A program made the translations under genes and the position numbers. DNA of 36,193 nucleotides, from IMG/VR virus record IMGVR_UViG_3300038829_000094, positions 1 through 36,193 of that record; one strand, 5' to 3'. Positions 33,918 to 36,193 of this stretch are shown one piece after another. Below the pieces are notes generated by a model. That model worked only from the letters and a program-made list of their open reading frames with translations. It did no database searches and had not been told where the DNA came from. This stretch comes from a virus. Its lineage: Duplodnaviria; Caudoviricetes. Positions within the stretch are counted from its first letter, which is position 1, and the number at the start of each line of letters is the position of its first letter.

Positions 33918-34018
33918 CGAAGGGGGCCGGTCGGTGAATGAGACCGATCCGGCCCGAGGAACAACACACACAGCCCCGATTCTGGCGAAAGCGGAGGAGG
34001 GAGTCAAGGGAGGCGGTC

Positions 34019-34963
34019 ATGGCACTGACACTGGAACAACAAGAAGCGCGGACGAAAGGGATCGGAGGGAGTGACGCGGCGGTGGTCGTCGGCCTCTCGC
34101 CGTTCAAGAGCGCCTATCAACTCTATCTAGAAAAGCGGGGCGAGGCTCCGGAGAGCGATGAAGAAACGCTGGCGATGGAGCTCGGCACATTGCTGGAACA
34201 GCCGGTGGCGGATCTGTACTGCAAGCGGACGAAACGAGAAGTTCGACGGCAGCCGCTCACATTTCACGATGAGCACCCGTTCATGCTGGCGAATATTGAC
34301 CGGCAGATTCTCAAAGATCCACGCGGCCCCGGCATTCTCGAAGTCAAGACCACGAACGAATGGAGCGGGCGGGCGATTCACGGCGTGGAGGATATCCCTG
34401 ACCACTACTATCTTCAAGCTCAACACTATCTCGCGGTCTACGACTATGCGTGGGCCAGCGTGGCCATTCTGATCGGCCTGAGTCGGTTCGTCTGGTTCGA
34501 CGTGGAGCGCAACGACGAGGTGATTGCCGAGCTGATCCGGCAAGAGGGCGAATTCTGGGAGCGTGTGCAGACCGGCAACCCGCCGCCGGTCGATGGCTCG
34601 GCCCGCACGGGCGAGCTGATCAAGCGGATGTACCCGAAGGACAGCGGCAAGGTGCTCACGATTGACGCGCCCGAGCTGATCGAATCGGCGCGCTTGCTGG
34701 CGAGCGCCAAGGCCCTGGTGAAGAAGACCGAGCTGGATATCACCAGCTATGAGAACAAACTGAAAAGCGCCGTCGGCGATGCGAGCAGAGCGATCCTGCC
34801 AGGCTTCGGGGAGATTACTTGGAAGACCAACAAAGACGGCGTGAAGGAATGGGTGGATCTGGATCTATTGAAGGCCGATTTCCCCGACGCCTATGCCGCC
34901 TGCTTCAAAACTGACACGAAAACGGGCGCACGCCCCTTTCTCTTGAAACCCGCGAAGGAGTAA
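34019..34963 (+). CDS. YqaJ-like (lambda exonuclease family) recombination nuclease
   Basis: GIGGSDAA...GLSP.KS...LY.EK, G..LE, ANID, LEVKT, Y..Q.QHY motifs; GGAGG SD before ATG 34019. Confidence 0.93.
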   Translation: MALTLEQQEARTKGIGGSDAAVVVGLSPFKSAYQLYLEKRGEAPESDEETLAMELGTLLEQPVADLYCKRTKREVRRQPLTFHDEHPFMLANIDRQILKDPRGPGILEVKTTNEWSGRAIHGVEDIPDHYYLQAQHYLAVYDYAWASVAILIGLSRFVWFDVERNDEVIAELIRQEGEFWERVQTGNPPPVDGSARTGELIKRMYPKDSGKVLTIDAPELIESARLLASAKALVKKTELDITSYENKLKSAVGDASRAILPGFGEITWKTNKDGVKEWVDLDLLKADFPDAYAACFKTDTKTGARPFLLKPAKE

Positions 34964-34968
34964 TCGCC

Positions 34969-36009
34969 ATGACGAACGATGTTGCTGTGCGTTCCAGTGT
35001 CTCAGTCTCGCTGCAAATCACCAACCTGGTGGAGCTGCGCGACTTCTGCAAAGTGCTGGCCTCAACCGAGATGGTCCCGAAGGCCTACAAGGGCAAGCCG
35101 GACGATATTCTTGTCGCCATGCTGCACGGCCAGGAAGTCGGCCTGCCGCATTTGCAGGCCCTCCAATCGATTGCCACGGTCAACGGCATTCCGTCGGTCT
35201 ATGGCGATGCTGGGCTTGCGATGGTGCGGGCGTCCGGCAAGCTGGAGGACTTCGATGAATGGATTGAAGTAGACGGCCAGCGGCAAGCAGGCAGTTCGTT
35301 CCCCATCATGAAGTGGTCCGAGGAAGGCAAGATGATCGTGGCGCATTGCCTCGCGCTGCGAACCGGAGCCAAGCGCCCACGGATCACCACCTATTCGGTC
35401 GATGACGCGAAGCGGGCGGGGTTGTGGGGCAAGGTTGGCCCGTGGACGATGGTCCCACAGCGCATGCTGATGTTCCGGGCACGCGGCTGGAACCTGCGCG
35501 ATGAGTTCGGCGATGTTCTGAAAGGCCTCGCGATCTACGAAGAGGCCCGCGACATTGAGACGGAACAAGAGCCGGATGGGACCTATCGCCCGGCAGTCGT
35601 CATTGTCGAACCGGAGCAGGGGGAGAAGACGGTTGAAACAGAATTGAACGGGAGCGCGAAGAAAGCCGCCTCGGTGCTCGACAAAATGAAACCCACGACG
35701 GCCCCCGCACGGACGGCCTCCAGTGCGGCGGCGCCGACTGCCCCTCCGGCTCCACCGGAGACCCACGCTGCCGGACCTGTGACCGGCGGCGAGGGCAGTG
35801 GGGATGGCTACCCCGCCGACTGGCTCTCGACGGTCCTCGACGCTGAGGACTTCCTGCGCGGCACGCAAGCGGGACACGGCATCCTGCGATCGATCCGCGC
35901 CGGGTTCAAGCTCAACGGCGATGCATACCCGATGCTGCCGGAGCACCAAACTGAGTATCTGAACACGCTCCGCCTGAGCGTCGAACGGATGCAGAAGCCG
36001 AAGGCGTAA
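34969..36009 (+). CDS. recT: RecT/Redbeta-like single-strand annealing protein
   Basis: MVPKAYKGKP.D...A...G.E.GL...QALQSI..VNG.PS.YGD, AKRAGLWGK.GPW...PQRML..RAR...LRD.F.DVL.G; follows YqaJ. Confidence 0.88.
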   Translation: MTNDVAVRSSVSVSLQITNLVELRDFCKVLASTEMVPKAYKGKPDDILVAMLHGQEVGLPHLQALQSIATVNGIPSVYGDAGLAMVRASGKLEDFDEWIEVDGQRQAGSSFPIMKWSEEGKMIVAHCLALRTGAKRPRITTYSVDDAKRAGLWGKVGPWTMVPQRMLMFRARGWNLRDEFGDVLKGLAIYEEARDIETEQEPDGTYRPAVVIVEPEQGEKTVETELNGSAKKAASVLDKMKPTTAPARTASSAAAPTAPPAPPETHAAGPVTGGEGSGDGYPADWLSTVLDAEDFLRGTQAGHGILRSIRAGFKLNGDAYPMLPEHQTEYLNTLRLSVERMQKPKA

Positions 36010-36041
36010 CCATTTTCTGACTCGACCACAAGGAGCCTCTC

Positions 36042-36193
36042 ATGAAATTTGAAATCACCTCACGATGGAGCGGAGCCGTGCTGTTCAGTCTCGAAACAGA
36101 GTCGATGAAATTAACGGTGGAGGCAGCCATACGCACGGGCGCAGTCCTCAGGGGCGCAGACCTCAGGGGCGCAGACCTCACGGGCGCAGTCCT
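36042..36193 (+). CDS. 5' part of the pentapeptide-repeat gene (continues at the window start)
   Basis: AAGGAG SD, ATG 36042, MKFEITSRWSGAVLFSLETESMK..., in frame with 18..776. Confidence 0.9.
   Translation, partial: MKFEITSRWSGAVLFSLETESMKLTVEAAIRTGAVLRGADLRGADLTGAV
36049..36193. repeat. Terminal direct repeat copy 2 (matches 1-145)
   Basis: 144/145 identity with the window start. Confidence 0.95.

Noticed and set aside
1-36193. Stop-codon reassignment or a DNA hypermodification system
   Set aside because: TAG, TGA and TAA all terminate full-length conserved genes with normal coupling; no methyltransferase, PurZ, Dpd or polymerase genes were recognised

Overview
The window is a complete, circularly permuted temperate phage genome of about 36,048 bp. 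Its last 145 bp (36049-36193) repeat bases 1-145 with one mismatch. The virion module is P22-like/podoviral: TerS, TerL, portal, scaffold, P22-type coat, gp4/gp10-like tail adaptors, three ejection proteins and two paralogous short tail-collar fibres. The lysis cassette has a DUF5675-type endolysin, holin-like proteins and overlapping i-/o-spanins, which implies a diderm host. Lysogeny functions are a cI/cro switch, a tyrosine integrase and an intact attP. The early region encodes Xis, YqaJ/RecT, a pentapeptide-repeat protein, NDT-like and DUF550-like nucleotide enzymes, an initiator with iterons and RusA. Most unusual elements: (1) three signal-peptide proteins (beta-sandwich, LamG-like+SGNH esterase, FN3) inserted between portal and scaffold, while both tail fibres lack receptor-binding tips; (2) an attP carrying the 5' half of tRNA-Arg(CCU) that overlaps the integrase stop codon, so the host tRNA would be rebuilt at the end of the cI-membrane protein-HNH lipoprotein-int operon; (3) several unannotated structured RNAs: a tRNA-like 5-way cloverleaf at 5521-5597, an SD-sequestering capsid leader and a C4/CI-like antisense candidate after cro; (4) an AspH-like hydroxylase plus cupin pair in the tail module; (5) a TerL with Lys at the position of the last nuclease Asp. 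All family assignments come from motif recognition by eye; no database searches were run.
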